A stretch of 64,000 nucleotides of DNA, taken from positions 48,050,001 to 48,114,000 of the forward strand of contig OX597826.1 in NCBI GenBank assembly GCA_951406725.2. Direction: 5' to 3'. Positions 26,219-39,838 of this stretch are shown piece after piece. The translations under genes were made by a program, and so were the position numbers. The stretch is from Octopus vulgaris. Lineage: Eukaryota. How positions within the stretch are numbered: position 1 is the stretch's first letter; every line of letters begins with the position of its first letter. Under the pieces are notes generated by a model that searched no databases, was not told where the DNA came from, and saw only the letters and a program-made list of their open reading frames with translations.

Positions 26219-27332
26219 ATGGAGGACAACGAAATACATTTTCATCATTTGATAAAAGTTTTATTTTCCTGAAAAACTAATCGCTTTGAAAACAGCAAAA
26301 GAGACATGAGAAGGTTATGAAGATTATGCCAGAGCTGAAAGGTCTGTTCGTAAATGGTTCACTAGATTTGTAGGTAAAATTTTTGATCTGGGAGGCAGTG
26401 AACGTTCCAGTATGCCTACACTTGTTGATGATGACTAAATCAAAATGATTATCAAATGTTATCCAGTTCACACGACAGGAGACATTGCAGAAATACTCCA
26501 CATATCTCACATAAGCGTTGAAGGGCATTTAAAAACGTTTGGATTCATTTATCACTATTTTTAGCGGCTCATAATTTAATAGAAAAACAATTAATGGAAC
26601 GCATTTCCATCTGTATTTCTTTACTCAAAAGCAGCAAAAATGAACCATTTTTGAAAAGAACGATTACAGGTAATAAATGGAAAAGAACCTGGGGGGATGA
26701 AATGAACCACATTTAATCACTCCTAAAGATGATCAGTATCAGAAGATAATGCTCTGTATCCGATGGAATTAGGACATTATGCATTAATAGATCCTTCCGT
26801 GAAACCAGATGTTGAATTGAAACTATTATTGTTCCCAACTAGACCGATTAAAGGAAACAATCGTTGAAAAAATGTCGAATTGGTCAGCCAGAAAGATTTC
26901 CTCTTTCTCAAAGACAATGCTAGATTTCATGTTTCTTTGCAGACCTGGAAGAAATAATTTGTACGGCATTGCTGCAATGTCTAATCACACCCATTGTACT
27001 CATCTGACCTCAGATTATCGATTATTTCGATCCTTGCAAAGTTATCTTTATGGGAAGGATTTCAGTTCTGTGAAAGATTGTTGAAACCACTTACAGAGCA
27101 GCCGGAGCTGAGATCTTGTGCATCAAATTGTAGCTACATCGCAGCATGACCTAGAAAGTTGCCAAGTTGTAGAAGGATGAGATCCTTAAACTGTCTCAAA
27201 GATGACCAAAAGTAGTGGAATAAAATGCGACATTTGTGTTTGAAGAAAGGTATTGAAATTATGTAAAAATATTTTTTTTTAATTTAAATATTACTTAAAA
27301 AACGATACAATCTTTGTTGTTCGAACCCAATA
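26219..27332 (+). mobile_element. Decayed near-full-length mariner
   Basis: [11 protein letters not shown] start, HTH and catalytic remnants (PFLKRTITGNKW, LTSDYRLFRSLQ), TIR-like end ...GAACCCAATA; many stops and frameshifts. Confidence 0.85.
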
Positions 27333-27342
27333 TATATACATA

Positions 27343-27560
27343 GGCAACAAGCTGGCAGAATCGTTAACTCGCCAGGAAAAAAAATGTTTAGCAGCATGTC
27401 ATCCGCTTTTATGTTCTGAGTTCAAATTTCATCGAGGTCATCTTTGCCTTTCATCCTTTTGAAGTCGATAAAATAAGTACCAATCGAACATTAGGGTTCG
27501 TGTAATCAATTGATCCCCTTCCCCAAAATTACTGGCCTTGTGCCAAAACTTGAAACCAGT
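27343..27560 (+). mobile_element. SINE B
   Basis: Head and core as in other copies. Confidence 0.85.
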
Positions 27561-27574
27561 ATATCCACAGACAT

Positions 27575-28010
27575 GCAGAAAATAAATAGACACCTTTAAT
27601 TTTCAGTATCTTTTATTTAATACGCAAAGCAAACAACTGAAATGTAATCGATAGGTAAGACTACATACTTTAGTATTTAGTTGACATTCCCTTTGCAGTT
27701 TTTAATTCAGAAACTCTTTTTGGCATTCAACTGATGAACTTTGTGATTGTCTCTTGTGGAATTTCTACCCACTTTTCACGCAGTAATCGAAACAATTCAT
27801 CTTTAGATTTAGGTTTCTGTCAAGTTTTTCGTATAGCTCTATCTAGTATGCTCCAAAGATTTTCAACTGGGTTCATGTCAGGAGATTGGCTCGGCCAAGG
27901 AAGCTTTTTGATCCCATCTTAAGACAGCCATTGTTGATACCTTTTCGCTGTGTGGTATGGAGCCCCATCTTCCAAGAAAAAAAACTCATTTTTCGTTATG
28001 TTATCGTGTG
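27575..28010 (-). mobile_element. Tc1-family (DD34E-type) transposase 3' relic
   Basis: FLEDGAPYHTAKRYQQWLS*DGIKKLPWPSQSPDMNPVENLWSILDRAI. Confidence 0.85.
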
Positions 28011-28024
28011 AATATATTATTGTT

Positions 28025-28289
28025 GAGGTGGCAAGCTAGCAGAATCGTTAGAGCACTGGACGAAATGCTTAGCTGCATTTAACTCATTGATACATGGTGA
28101 GTTCAAATTCCACCAAGTTCGACTTTGTTTTTCATTCTTTTGAGGTCGATAAAATAAGTACCAGTTAAATACTGGGGGTTGATGTAATTGATTTATCCCC
28201 TCTTCCAAAATTGCTGCCCTTGTGGCAAAATTTGAAACCATTAGTTTTTCTTGTTGTTGTTGTTGTTGTTATTATTCTTTTTCTTCTGC

Positions 28290-28329
<40 letters not shown>

Positions 28330-28581
28330 CATTATTATTATTATTGTTATTGTTATTACTGAAGGTGGTGAACCAGCAGAATTTTTTGCATGCCGGGCAA
28401 AATGCGTAGTGATATTCCGTCCACCTTTATTTTTATGTTCTGAGTTCTCACTTCACAGAGGTTGACTTTTGTCTTTCATCCTTTCGGGGTTGATAAACTA
28501 AGTACCAGTTGAACACTGGGGTCGATGTACTCAACTAAATCCCTCCCCCAAAACCGCTGGCCTTGTGCCAAAATGTAAAAC

Positions 28582-28585
<4 letters not shown>
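28025..28585 (+). mobile_element. Two tandem SINE B copies separated by (TTA)n
   Basis: Copies at 28025-28242 and 28361-28585. Confidence 0.85.
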
Positions 28586-28639
<54 letters not shown>

Positions 28640-29788
28640 GTTATTACTTTCGGTCAGAATTATCTAAATACGATATTATTATTGATATTATTGTTATCAC
28701 TATAGCGGGGCTTCTCATTTTTGTTGTTGTAGCGGCTATCATTGTGGTTACTCTTGTTGTTGCTTCCTGTAAGAGCAAAAAGCTTTCAATATATTTTCTA
28801 ATATACCACTATTTTCATGGCTCTCCAATGCACAAAAGAAAACCAAACAACAAACAACAAAAAAATAAGAAAGAAAAACAATAAATAAAATAACAATAAC
28901 AATAAATATATAAATTAAAACCATTGAATACAAACAAAAATATGAATAAAAAAAATAAAGGCAAAATCAAAGACAAAACAAAAATACCAAAATAAAAAAT
29001 AAAAACAACATACAGTAATTTGTTCGACAAATAAACAAAAATTTATTAAAATGTTATTATGTCATTTTTAATATCATATATACGCAAAGTTGTATAGAAA
29101 AACCTTTTGGTTTGTACCAGGATTTCTATTCATTGAGGTATTCGGTGAGATAATACTGACCGAAATGGGAGATGAGTTTTCTACTTCGCTGATTAAACTT
29201 GGGTTACACGTTTGTCTATTCAGAACAGCAATTTGGAAGACATCTTGCTTTTTTTTTTATCTCTCTCTTTATCTCTTCCCCATCTTTCTTTCTTTCTTTC
29301 TTTCGCTCTCTCTCTCTCTCTCTTCTACAAACAGATATCAAAAGAATAAAGACATCAGTGAAAATAGAATTGAATAAACATTAGAGATAAACAAGCAGTC
29401 TAAAAGAAACAATGAAATGAAATAAATGAATAAAGGTCTTTATTGAAATGTATTAAAGTTTTCTCTGCTTTTTGCTGTTGTTTTTTATATTATTATCTTT
29501 TAATATTTTTTAATATTTGTATTTTTATTTTCGTTTTTTTATTATTATTTTATTTTCATTTTATTATTGTAAGTTTTGTTATCGTTTTATATTATCATTA
29601 TTGTTATTATTATCATCCTCATCAGCACCGTTATTATTATCATCATCATAATTATCATCATCATCATCATCATTTTCATCATCATCATCATTATTATTAT
29701 TATCTGTAGTAAACTACTTAACAGTGTGTCAGATTTAAGATTCAGCCATTAATCATATTTTCTCCAATCAGATTAATTTTAATGAGAG

Positions 29789-29832
<44 letters not shown>

Positions 29833-29833
29833 G

Positions 29834-29902
<69 letters not shown>

Positions 29903-30949
29903 GCACACAAATATATATGTACATATATGTATACATATACACACAAATATATACATGTGTGTGTTCGTGTTTGTGTGTGTTCGTGTGTGTGTGTATGCGT
30001 GTGTATGTATATGTATCATAGATAAAAGAAAAGGAAGGAAGAAAAGAGAGAAGAAAGGAAGACAAATAGGAAAGAATGAAATGATAAAGAAATGACGGAC
30101 AATATGGAGTTGACAAATTTTTGAAAGCTTCTGGATGTTTTAAATGGATTAAAATGCTTCTTAAATGTTGATAATTGAATACTGTATATGAATTGGTGTA
30201 GAAATTACACATTTCCTTCAGATTTGTTTAGCATTCGACTGGAATAGCAGAAAATCTTTGAATGCCATTTCATTTTCTTGTTACTTTTTTCTTGTTATTT
30301 TCTTGTTTTGTGTTTGTTTGTTTGGTTTTGTACGTATTCTTTTTTTTTTGTTGTTTTCCAAAACAGAAGTTATTTGCAGTATCATTGATTCTTTATTGAT
30401 AGTGAGAGATAAATTTGGTAAATTTTATCTTCATTTTTGTGCTTATTTTTTATTCTTTATTTATTCATTTTTATTTTTATTTTTTTCAAAATAACTAATT
30501 TTATCACAGTAATAAGACAAAATATATGACCTCTGAATTAATGATTCTTGTTTAGTTCCAAACAGAAATTTCAAGATTGTTATTATAAAAGTTAATATGT
30601 TAAATGTCTTATCAAGTCATAATGACTCAAAGAGTTGGTTCCTTGTCTTTGGTTTCTTTAGTTTCAAGATGACAGCAAAGTATTTTTCAACCTAATAAAG
30701 AACTGAAGAATATATTCTCCCAAATGTAAATTTGGTTTAATTTATGACAACGAAGGACCCTAATGTACAATTAATTTTCCATGCATAATTAGTATACATA
30801 AATAATTAACATTCATGAATGACAATGAAATAGCAAAGGCAGAGCAGAAATCCAAATTCTCTAAACTACGAATTATCAGGTCCCCAACATTCTAAGTTCA
30901 AATTCAAATGGAGCTCACACTGCCTTCATGTATCAAATATTGATTTCAA

Positions 30950-31140
30950 GCCAGCAAATCCGAGGGAGAGATTAAGTCGATTACCTTGACCCCAGTGTTA
31001 ACTAGCACTTATTTTATCGACCCCCAGAAGGATTAAATACAAAATCAACCTTAGTGGAATTTGAACTCAGAATGTGAAGATAGACAAAATGCTGCTATGT
31101 ATTTTGCCTGGCGTCCTAATGATTCTGTTAGCTTCCTGCC
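30950..31140 (-). mobile_element. SINE B
   Basis: Reverse-complement head and core. Confidence 0.75.
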
Positions 31141-31342
31141 TTTACTATATTAAATATTAAATGAATGTTTGTAGGGAAGGTGTATTATCATGGTGGTTAA
31201 GATACTAGCCTCATGTTCATAAGATCTTGGAGTCCATTTCTGTACAAAATGGTGCATTGTGCTATTGCCAAGTCCATCATATCATCTAACATGATTGTTT
31301 TCCCTTCTTTAGCAAGACATGTTTTGACAGTTTTGTTTTTGG

Positions 31343-31505
31343 CACAGGCACGGATGTGTGGTAAGAAGCTTGCTTTCCAAACACATGGCTATATGCGTTC
31401 AGTTCCACTGTGTGGCACTTTGGACAAGTGTCTTCTTGTACAATCCCAGGCTAAGCAAAGCTTTCCAAGCAGATTTGGTACATGAAAACTGAAAGAAACC
31501 TATTG
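31343..31505 (+). mobile_element. SINE A 5' half, diverged
   Basis: Similar to 41-200. Confidence 0.75.
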
Positions 31506-31571
31506 TATGTATGTATGTATATATGTATATATATATACACATATGTATATACATGCATATTCATATATGTG

Positions 31572-31611
<40 letters not shown>

Positions 31612-31651
31612 TATACATATGCATATATCTACCTATCTATCTATCTATCTA

Positions 31652-31710
<59 letters not shown>

Positions 31711-31719
31711 TTATATATT

Positions 31720-31759
<40 letters not shown>

Positions 31760-32229
31760 TTTATGTATTGTCATATATATATATATGTATGCATGTATAT
31801 CAGTTATTTAATTTTCTCATATTTTTCTAATAAATGTCTCTTGTATTTATATAATTTTATTACAATCTGCATTATTATTATTATTTATATTTTTATTTTG
31901 CATTTTGGTTTTGAACTTTTATTTTAAGAATTATATATCTAATATTTTATTTCAAATACGTTTTAAATATAGCAACTAGCTTTTGCATTGCTAGTTGTAC
32001 CAACTCCTGAACTTGATGCCACTGTATAGTATCAAAGTTCCATCCTCTCTATCTGGTGTAAGGATCCAATAATGTAACAGCTTGGGCTTCAAAGGACCAC
32101 AGCATTTCAATATCTCAAAAACCACAAAAAAAACACACCCAAAAATCTCCAAAGATCTATGATGGATAGATGTGGATGCATTAAAAAAAAATTCTAGGTT
32201 GAGGAAAAAGGTTTGTGTGCCTTGTTAAA

Positions 32230-32700
32230 ATAAGGTTTTGTTACGCAAGAATTTATTCAAAAACAACTATTCTTCAAAATAAATACTACAATTTTCCACG
32301 ACCTTCTGCTAACAATCTGCAAGCTTTCGGGTTTGGTCCAAGTACCAATGCTTCGGCTTTGAATCGAAAAATTCTTGACAGGCATCTTCAACTTCATTGA
32401 ATGACTCAAATTGGCGACCTTTCATAAAGTGCTGCGTTGATTGGAATAGACCATAGTCAGATGGAACAACGTCTGGACTATAGGCTTGATGCAACAGAAC
32501 TTTCACACCATCCAATTCTTCAATCTTGTTGCTGGTCTTTCAGGTGGTATGTGACTTTCATTGTCTTATTGAAACAAAGCACCTTTTCGATGAATAAGTC
32601 TTGGGTACTTTTCAACCAGCGCATTGTAGACTCTATCAAGTTGCTTGCAGTAAAGTTCAGCGTTGATAGCACAACCATTCAGCACAAGTTTAGCGTATGA
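32230..32700 (-). mobile_element. mariner transposase C-terminal relic
   Basis: LLHQAYSPDVVPSDYGLFQS...FESFNEVEDACQEFFDSKPKHWY matches the YSPDLAPSD motif. Confidence 0.9.
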
Positions 32701-32759
32701 ACTTTTCCCCTCAACCTAATGGACAAATTTTTTATCCATGATACCTGATCAAACTGGCA

Positions 32760-33070
32760 CTCCATTGATTACAATGAGGGCTCCAATTGATCCAATCAAT
32801 GGAACAGCCTGCTTGTAAAATTAACATGCAAGTGGCTGAGCACTCCACAGATATGAGTACCCTTAACGGAGTTGTCAGTGAGATTCAGCTTGAGAAAGAA
32901 TATGACAAGGCCGGTTCTTGGAAATTCAGGTACTATTCATTTTTGCCAGCTAAATGGACCAGAGCAACATGAAATAAAGCGTTTTGCTTAAGGACACAAT
33001 GCGTGGCCAGGAATTGTACTCATGATCGTATGAGCGTGAGTTGAATACCTTAAACACTAAATCACACATG
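32760..33070 (-). mobile_element. tRNA-derived SINE sharing the type-1 body of SINE C
   Basis: Reverse complement of 32790-32930 resembles 3405-3550, but the head differs. Confidence 0.65.
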
Positions 33071-33103
33071 TTCACTTCATCAAGCTACATCAAAGAAATA
33101 CAA

Positions 33104-33490
33104 AGGAGTGGCTGTGTGGTAAGTAGCTTGCTTACCAAACACATGGTTCTGGGTTCAGTAACACTGCGTGGCACCTTAGACAAGTGTCTTCTACTACAAG
33201 GCCTTGTGAGTGGATTTGGTAGATGGAAACTGAAAGAAGCTCGTCGTATATATATATATATTTACGTGTGTGTGTGTTTGTGCATCTGTGTTTGTCCCCC
33301 CACACCATCACTTGACAACCGATGTTGGTGTATTTACATACCTGTAACTTAGCAGTTCAGCAAAACTGACCGATAGAATAAGTACTAGGCTTACAACGAA
33401 TAAGGCCTTGGGTCGATTCGTTCGACTAAAGGTGGTGCTCCAGCATTGCCACGGTCAAATGACTGAAACAAATAAGAGAATAAAAGAAAT
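33104..33490 (+). mobile_element. SINE A
   Basis: Colinear with 41-452. Confidence 0.9.
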
Positions 33491-33496
33491 ATATTT

Positions 33497-33721
33497 ATAT
33501 TTCTTTACTACCCACAAGGGGCTAAACACAGAGGGGACAAACAAGGACGGACAAACGGATTAAGTCGATTACATCGACCCCAGTGCGTAACTGGTACTTA
33601 ATTTATCGACCCCGAAAGGATGAAAGGCAAAGTCGAACCCGGCGGAATTTGAACTCAGAACATAACGGCAGACGAAATATGGCTACGCATTTCGCCCGGC
33701 GTGCTAACGTTTCTGCCAGCT
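33497..33721 (-). mobile_element. SINE B, full length
   Basis: Reverse complement of 40214-40438. Confidence 0.9.
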
Positions 33722-34328
33722 CGAAATATAGATGGCTTCATCCAATTTCCTGGATCTCTAGAAACACACATGGAGGAAGGACCATGTAAGTAAAATTGAA
33801 TAAACCAACAATCACATCTATGGCAATGCCCAGCATGGCCACAGCCTCTGGTTGAAACAAGTATAATTAAAAGTAAAATTACACACATTATGCCATTGCT
33901 TCTAGTTATCTATGAGTCTTTTTAAATTATTATATCCTTTCATTTTAATTGTTTTCGATATCTTATTTCAATTATAATTTAAATTCTTTGTTTAAATTCA
34001 TTATTTTTTGTTACATTTTTGTTTTTTTTTTACTTTTATAATAAGCCATTTTATATATATTTCCCATATTTTGTTTATTGATTTTGAAAGACATAAATTA
34101 ATATTTATTTCGCTATTAAAAGTTTTTGTATGATTTTAAAAAATGTATTCAGATCTTCATTAAGTTTAATCACATTTTATTATTTTCTTCTTTTCCTCAA
34201 TTTTTAAAAGAAATATGTATTATATTTATAATTATATATTTTTCATTATTTATTTTTCTCTTCTTGTTTTCCTATTATTTTAAAAATTTGTTTTAATGCT
34301 TTCCTTTTTGTCCTTTCATTTTTGTCAG

Positions 34329-34513
34329 TTCTTCTTCTTCTTCTTCTTCTTCTTCTTCTTCTTCTTCTTCTTCTTCTTCTTCTTCTTCTCCTCCTCCTCC
34401 TCCTCCTTCTTCTTCTTCTCCTCCTCCTCCTTCTTCTTCTCCTCCTCCTTCTTCTTCTTCTTCTTCTTCTTCTCCTCCTCCACCTCCTCCTCCTCCTCCT
34501 CCTCCTCCTCCTC

Positions 34514-34544
<31 letters not shown>

Positions 34545-34548
34545 TTCT
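34329..34548. repeat. (CTT)n/(CCT)n microsatellite
   Basis: Direct inspection. Confidence 0.95.
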
Positions 34549-34571
34549 TATTATTATTATTATCATTATTG

Positions 34572-35466
34572 AGGTGGCGAGCTGGCAGAATCATTAGCAT
34601 ACTGTGCAAAATGCTTAGCAGCATTTCATCCGTCCTTACGTTCTGAGTCCAAATTCCACCGAGGTCGACTTTGCCTTTCATCCTTTTTGTGAGGTGTCAA
34701 TAAAATAAGTACCAGCGAGACACTGGGATCGATGAAATCAACTCATCCTCTCCTCCAAAATTGCTGCCCTTATGGCAAAATTTGAAACCATCATTATTAT
34801 TATCAAGGCAATGAGCTGGCAAAATTGTTAGCACGTCAAGTGAAATGCTTAGTGGTATTTTGTCAGAATTCATGTTCTGAGTTCATATTCTGCTACGGTT
34901 AACTTTGCCTTTCATCCTTTCGGGGTCAATAAATTAAATGCTAGTGAAATATTAGGGTTGATTTAATTGATTAGTCCCCCCTCCCAAAATTTTAGGCTTT
35001 GTGCCTTTAGTAGAAAAGATCATTATTATTAGTATTAGTATTAAGAAAGTCTGCGAGCTGGCAGAAACGTTAGCAAACCGGGCGAAATGCTTAGCGGAAT
35101 TTTGTCTGCTGTTATGTTCTGAGTTCAAATTACGCCGAGGTCGATTGCCTTTCATCCTTTCGGGGTCGATAAATTAAATACCAGTTACGCACTGGGGTCG
35201 ATGTAATCGATTTAATCCGTTTGTCTGTCCTTGTTTGTCCCCTCTATGTTTAGCCCCTTGTGGGCAATAAGTAACATTAGCATGTTGCGCAAAATGCTTA
35301 GCACCATTTCGTCTGTTTTTACATTCTGAGTTCGAATTCCACCGAGGTTGACTTTACTTTTCATCCTTTTGGGGTCGATAAATTAAGTACCAGTTGAACA
35401 CTGGGGTCGATGTAATTGACTTACCCACTCCCCAAAATTACTAGTCATGTGCCAAAATTTGAAATC
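34572..35466 (+). mobile_element. Head-to-tail array of four SINE B copies
   Basis: Copies start at about 34572, 34806, 35050 and 35272, mostly separated by short (ATT)n. Confidence 0.85.
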
Positions 35467-35814
35467 ATCATCATGATCATCATTATTATTGTTGTTGTTG
35501 TTGTTATATTCCTCTTAAATATTTTTGGAGTAGTTATGGTTGAAATGTAAGACAAATACATCTTTCTTCCCTCTTTGTTGCTAATCTGTCTTTCTCTTGA
35601 ATTAGTTAGCATCATGGGCTATTTCAGAATCGGAAGGAATGTTTCCTTCTTTTAGAATTCTTTGTATGGACCAAAATTCCATCTATTTTAACAAACCAAA
35701 GAATTTCTTTATTTGTGAATCTGCAAAAAAAATAATAATAATAAAATAAATAAAACCCCAAAAAATAGATATCATAATAATGATGATGATGATGATGATG
35801 ATAATAATAATAAT

Positions 35815-35864
<50 letters not shown>

Positions 35865-36212
35865 TATAAAAATAATAATGATGATGATGATGATGATTAT
35901 AATAAATAAGAATAAATAAATAAATAAAAGTAGAAACTTTTAATTTAAAAGAATAAATAAAAAGAATTTTGTAAAGAAGTCTGATGAGAAAAAATAAAAG
36001 CAGGAGTAATAACGATTAGAGTGGTAGGAGGCTGATTAGACGATGGGGAGAAAGACAGAATAAGAGACAGATAGAGAGTAAGTACAAGAGAGGTGGAGAG
36101 AGTGAGAGAGAAAAGGGGGCAATGATATTTATGAGAAAGGAGCACAATGAGAAAGTAATAAATACATATGTATATGTGTGTGTGTGTGCGTGTATGTGCA
36201 TGTGTGTGTGTA

Positions 36213-36247
<35 letters not shown>

Positions 36248-36701
36248 GTGTGTGTTTATTTGTCTGTCTCTGTGTGTGTATTTGCATCTATGAGTTTGTG
36301 AATGTGCATATGAGTGAGCATTTATATGCATGTATATATATATGTGCCAATATATGAATGTAAGTATTTATGTATGCATCTATGTATGTATGACTTGATG
36401 GATGCATGCGTACATCTATTTAAGTCTAAGTGTGTGTTTGTGCATATACGCTTTTTACTTATTTCAGTCATTTTGACTGCGGCCATGCTGGAGCACCGCC
36501 TTTAGTCGAAACAAATCGACCCCAGGACTTATTCTTTGTAAGCCTAGTACTTATTCTATCGGTCTCTTTTGCCGAACCGCTACGTTACGGGGATGTAAAC
36601 ATACCAGCATCGGTTGTAAAACAATGTTGAGGGGAACAAACACAGACACACAAACACACACACACACACACACTCATATATATATATATATATATATATA
36701 T

Positions 36702-36910
36702 ACTTTATTTTAAGCAGCAGAAAATTCTGAGTTTCTCGTTGCCGTTCATCAGACAGTTTTTGCAAAAACTGTCTGATGAACGGCAACGAGAAACTCAGAG
36801 TAACAGATTTTGTTGAATTTTCTGCTGCTTAAAATAAAGCATATTACTCTACCACTGGTAATTGAGTACTCTTTTTTCCACCTTGTTTCACATTTATGTG
36901 TTTACTCCGG
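36702..36910. mobile_element. Fold-back mini-insert with HHR, in (TA)n
   Basis: Perfect zero-loop palindrome 36726-36799, outer arms 36703-36726 / 36816-36839, unique 3' extension to 36910. Confidence 0.8.
36764..36811 (+). ncRNA. Minimal type I HHR motif
   Basis: AAAAACTGT-CTGATGA-ACG-GCAA-CGA-GAAA-CTCAGAG-TA-ACAGATTTT; helix II is weak (A-A at its base). Confidence 0.75.
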
Positions 36911-37146
36911 TATATATATATATATATATATATATACGACAGGCTTCTTTCAGTTTCCGTCTACTAAATCCACTCACAAGACTTCGGTCGGCCCGAGACT
37001 ATAGTATAAGACACTTGCCCAAGGTGCCACGCAGTGGGACTGAACCTGGAACCATGTGGTTCGTAAGCAAGCTACTTACCACACAGCCACTCCTACGCCT
37101 ATGTATACAAATTTTATTTACATGTAAAAATTAGTGGGGATGGGGG

Positions 37147-37357
37147 ACGGTGAGCTGGCAGAATTGTTAGCACGCCGGGCAAAATGTTTAGTGGCATTTT
37201 GTCCATCTTTACGTTTTGAGTTCAAATTCCACCGAAGTCAGATTTACCTTTCATCGTTTTGGGAATCAATAAATTAACTGCTTGCTGCATACTGGGGTTA
37301 ATATAATCAATTTACCACCCCACCAAAATTGCTAGTCTTGTGCTAAAATTTGAAATC
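37147..37357 (+). mobile_element. SINE B
   Basis: Head and core. Confidence 0.8.
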
Positions 37358-37465
37358 GATATTAGTGTGTGTGTGTTTGTGTCTAAATATGTCTGTATAT
37401 TTACATATATACATATATATACATATCTATATCTACAAATATATGTATGTATGTATGTATATTTA

Positions 37466-37677
37466 TACCTTATGTTAACGTGTATAAGGAACCCTTTTTT
37501 GTCAAAAATTAGGTTAAAAATGTATGGGAGTTTCTTATACATGGCTAGTATTATAATACTTCACAAAACATTTTTACCAAATTTTAAGACCCCAGAATTA
37601 GGGGGTTCCTTATACATATTAAAATACGGTATATATATATATATTAGGGGGTTCCTTATACATATTAAAATACGGTA
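37466..37677. mobile_element. Tc1/mariner-type MITE with a duplicated right end
   Basis: TGTATAAGGAACCC / GGGTTCCTTATACA inverted repeats, TA flanks; the terminal ~33 nt occur twice. Confidence 0.55.
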
Positions 37678-37681
37678 TATA

Positions 37682-37749
<68 letters not shown>

Positions 37750-38199
37750 ATAGTTCAAATTTACAGAAACCCAAAAGATGAAGACAAGTAGGGGAACAAT
37801 GAGCAGGTGTATTAGTTTGAATCTTAGGTGTATATGTGTGTGTCTGTGTGTGTCTGTCTGTGTCTGTGTGCGAGCATGTGTCTGGACATCTACAAGTGTG
37901 TGCATTAATATGTGGATGCATCTATCTATATATAATCTATGTGCATTTATATGTGTGTGTTTGTGAGTGTTTCTTTGTGTGTATGTATACGTATGTGTGT
38001 CTAGGTGTGTAAGTTTTTGTATGAGTATACGAATATATGCGTAAGTACGAATGCATGTGAACATACGATTGTGTGCATATGTATGTATGAATGAGAGAAT
38101 GTGCCTGTGTGTGAGGGAATGTATGCATGCATGTGTATGTCTGTACGTGTGAATCAATATATGTTTATGCAATATATATATGTTTATGTATATAAGTAC

Positions 38200-38357
38200 A
38201 AGAGTGGCTGTGTGGTAAGTAGCTTGCTTACCTACTATATGGTTCCGAGTTCAGTTCCACTGCATGCACCTTGGGCAAAGTGTCTTCTACTATAGCCTCA
38301 GGCCGACCAAAGCCTTGTAAGTAGATTTGGTAGACGGAAACTAAAAGAAGCCCGTCG

Positions 38358-38422
<65 letters not shown>

Positions 38423-38632
38423 TTGTGTATCTGCGTTTGTCCCCCCGACATCGCTTGACAACCAATGCTGGTGTGTTTGCATCCCCATAACTTAGCGGTT
38501 CGGCAAAAGAGACTGATAAAATAAGTACTAGGCTTACAGAGAAAAAGTCATGAGGTCGATTTGCTCGACTAAAAGGCGGTGCTCCAGCCTGGCCCCATTC
38601 ACATGACTGAAACAAGTAAGAGTAAAAGAGTA
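38200..38632 (+). mobile_element. SINE A
   Basis: Colinear with 41-452. Confidence 0.9.
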
Positions 38633-38739
38633 TACATAAACACATATTAATAAAATAATGTGCGTGTGTGTGTGTCTATATCTGTAAGATAATGTATGTG
38701 TGTATATGCTTAAAAGTAAATTGAGGATTATAGAGGAGA

Positions 38740-39470
38740 TAATATGAATGAAGAGAGGCAGGAAGAGAAAGACAAAGAGAGAGAGAGGAACAGAAAGACA
38801 AAGAGAAATAGAGAGAGAGAAAGACGAAGAGAGAGAGAGATGGACAGAGAGAAAAGACAGAGAGATAGAGAGAGAGGGAACGAAAAATAGAGAAAGTGAA
38901 GGAGAAAGTGAATAAGAAGCAAAGATTTATGAAGAAGAGAAAGAAAACAATGGTTGGAGGTAAGGGAAGAGGAGAGAGATATTGGGAGGACATGGAAGAG
39001 AGGAAGAAGGAGGAAGAGGATGAGATGGAAGCCGAGGGGAAAGAAAAGGTGGAGCAAAAAATGGAGAGTGAGGAGAAAGAAGAGAGTTGAAAGAAGAGGA
39101 CAAAAAACAGAGGAGAGGAGGGAGAGGGCGGAGAAAATGGGGAGAGGTAAGAGAAAGAGTGAGTGGAAGTGAGGGAAGAAGGTGATGGGAGGAGGAGTAG
39201 AAGAAGAAGGGAAGGAGGAAGATGTGAAGGAAAATTATAGATACTAAAATATGAAAGTGAAAATTATAAGGAGAAAGGGTAAGAAAGATAAGGACTGAGA
39301 GTGGAGGAAAGAGAGAGAATTATGAGGAATAAGAGCACACCTGGGGAAGAAGTGGGAAACGAGAAGTGAAAGGAGAGAATGGAGAGAAATTGGAAGAAAT
39401 ATTAAAGAAAATGATTAAAAAAATCTAGGGCAAATAAGGGAGGGAAAATGACAGAAAGAAATAGAGCTGA
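38740..39470. repeat. GA-rich low-complexity tract
   Basis: Direct inspection. Confidence 0.9.
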
Positions 39471-39535
39471 AACGTGTGTGTATAAATACATATGTGTATA
39501 CACATCTGTGCATACACTCACACACACATATATAT

Positions 39536-39838
39536 AAATGATTTTTGGTATTTTTTTAAATGCCAAAACAATTCAAATTATAAGAAATAACACAGATTGA
39601 TAGTTTCTCCTTTTACCTTGTATTTCAATATTTCGGGCTTAGGATCCCGTTTTCAGGAAATAGAGTATTAGTGTTATGAGAAGTAACCTCACAGCACAAT
39701 TTCTTTGAAGATTTCCTCAAGAAGGGGTCCTAACCATAGAATATTGAAATACAAAGAAAAAGTTCAAACCATTGACTTGTATTACTTCATATAACTTCCT
39801 TTACTTTGGTTTAAAAAAAAGTCAAAATCATTTTTTTT
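39536..39838. mobile_element. Old fold-back insert with two decayed inverted HHRs
   Basis: Minus 39661-39622: ATTTC-CTGAAAA-CGGG-ATCCTAAG-CCC-GAAA-TA-TT-GAAAT. Plus 39711-39750: ATTTC-CTCAAGA-AGGG-GTCCTAA-CCAT-AGAA-TATT-GAAAT. Flanks imperfectly complementary. Confidence 0.65.

Larger units (their letters stand above)
36451..37098 (-). mobile_element. SINE A interrupted by an HHR fold-back insert
   Basis: 3' half 36451-36660 and 5' half 36935-37098. Confidence 0.9.
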
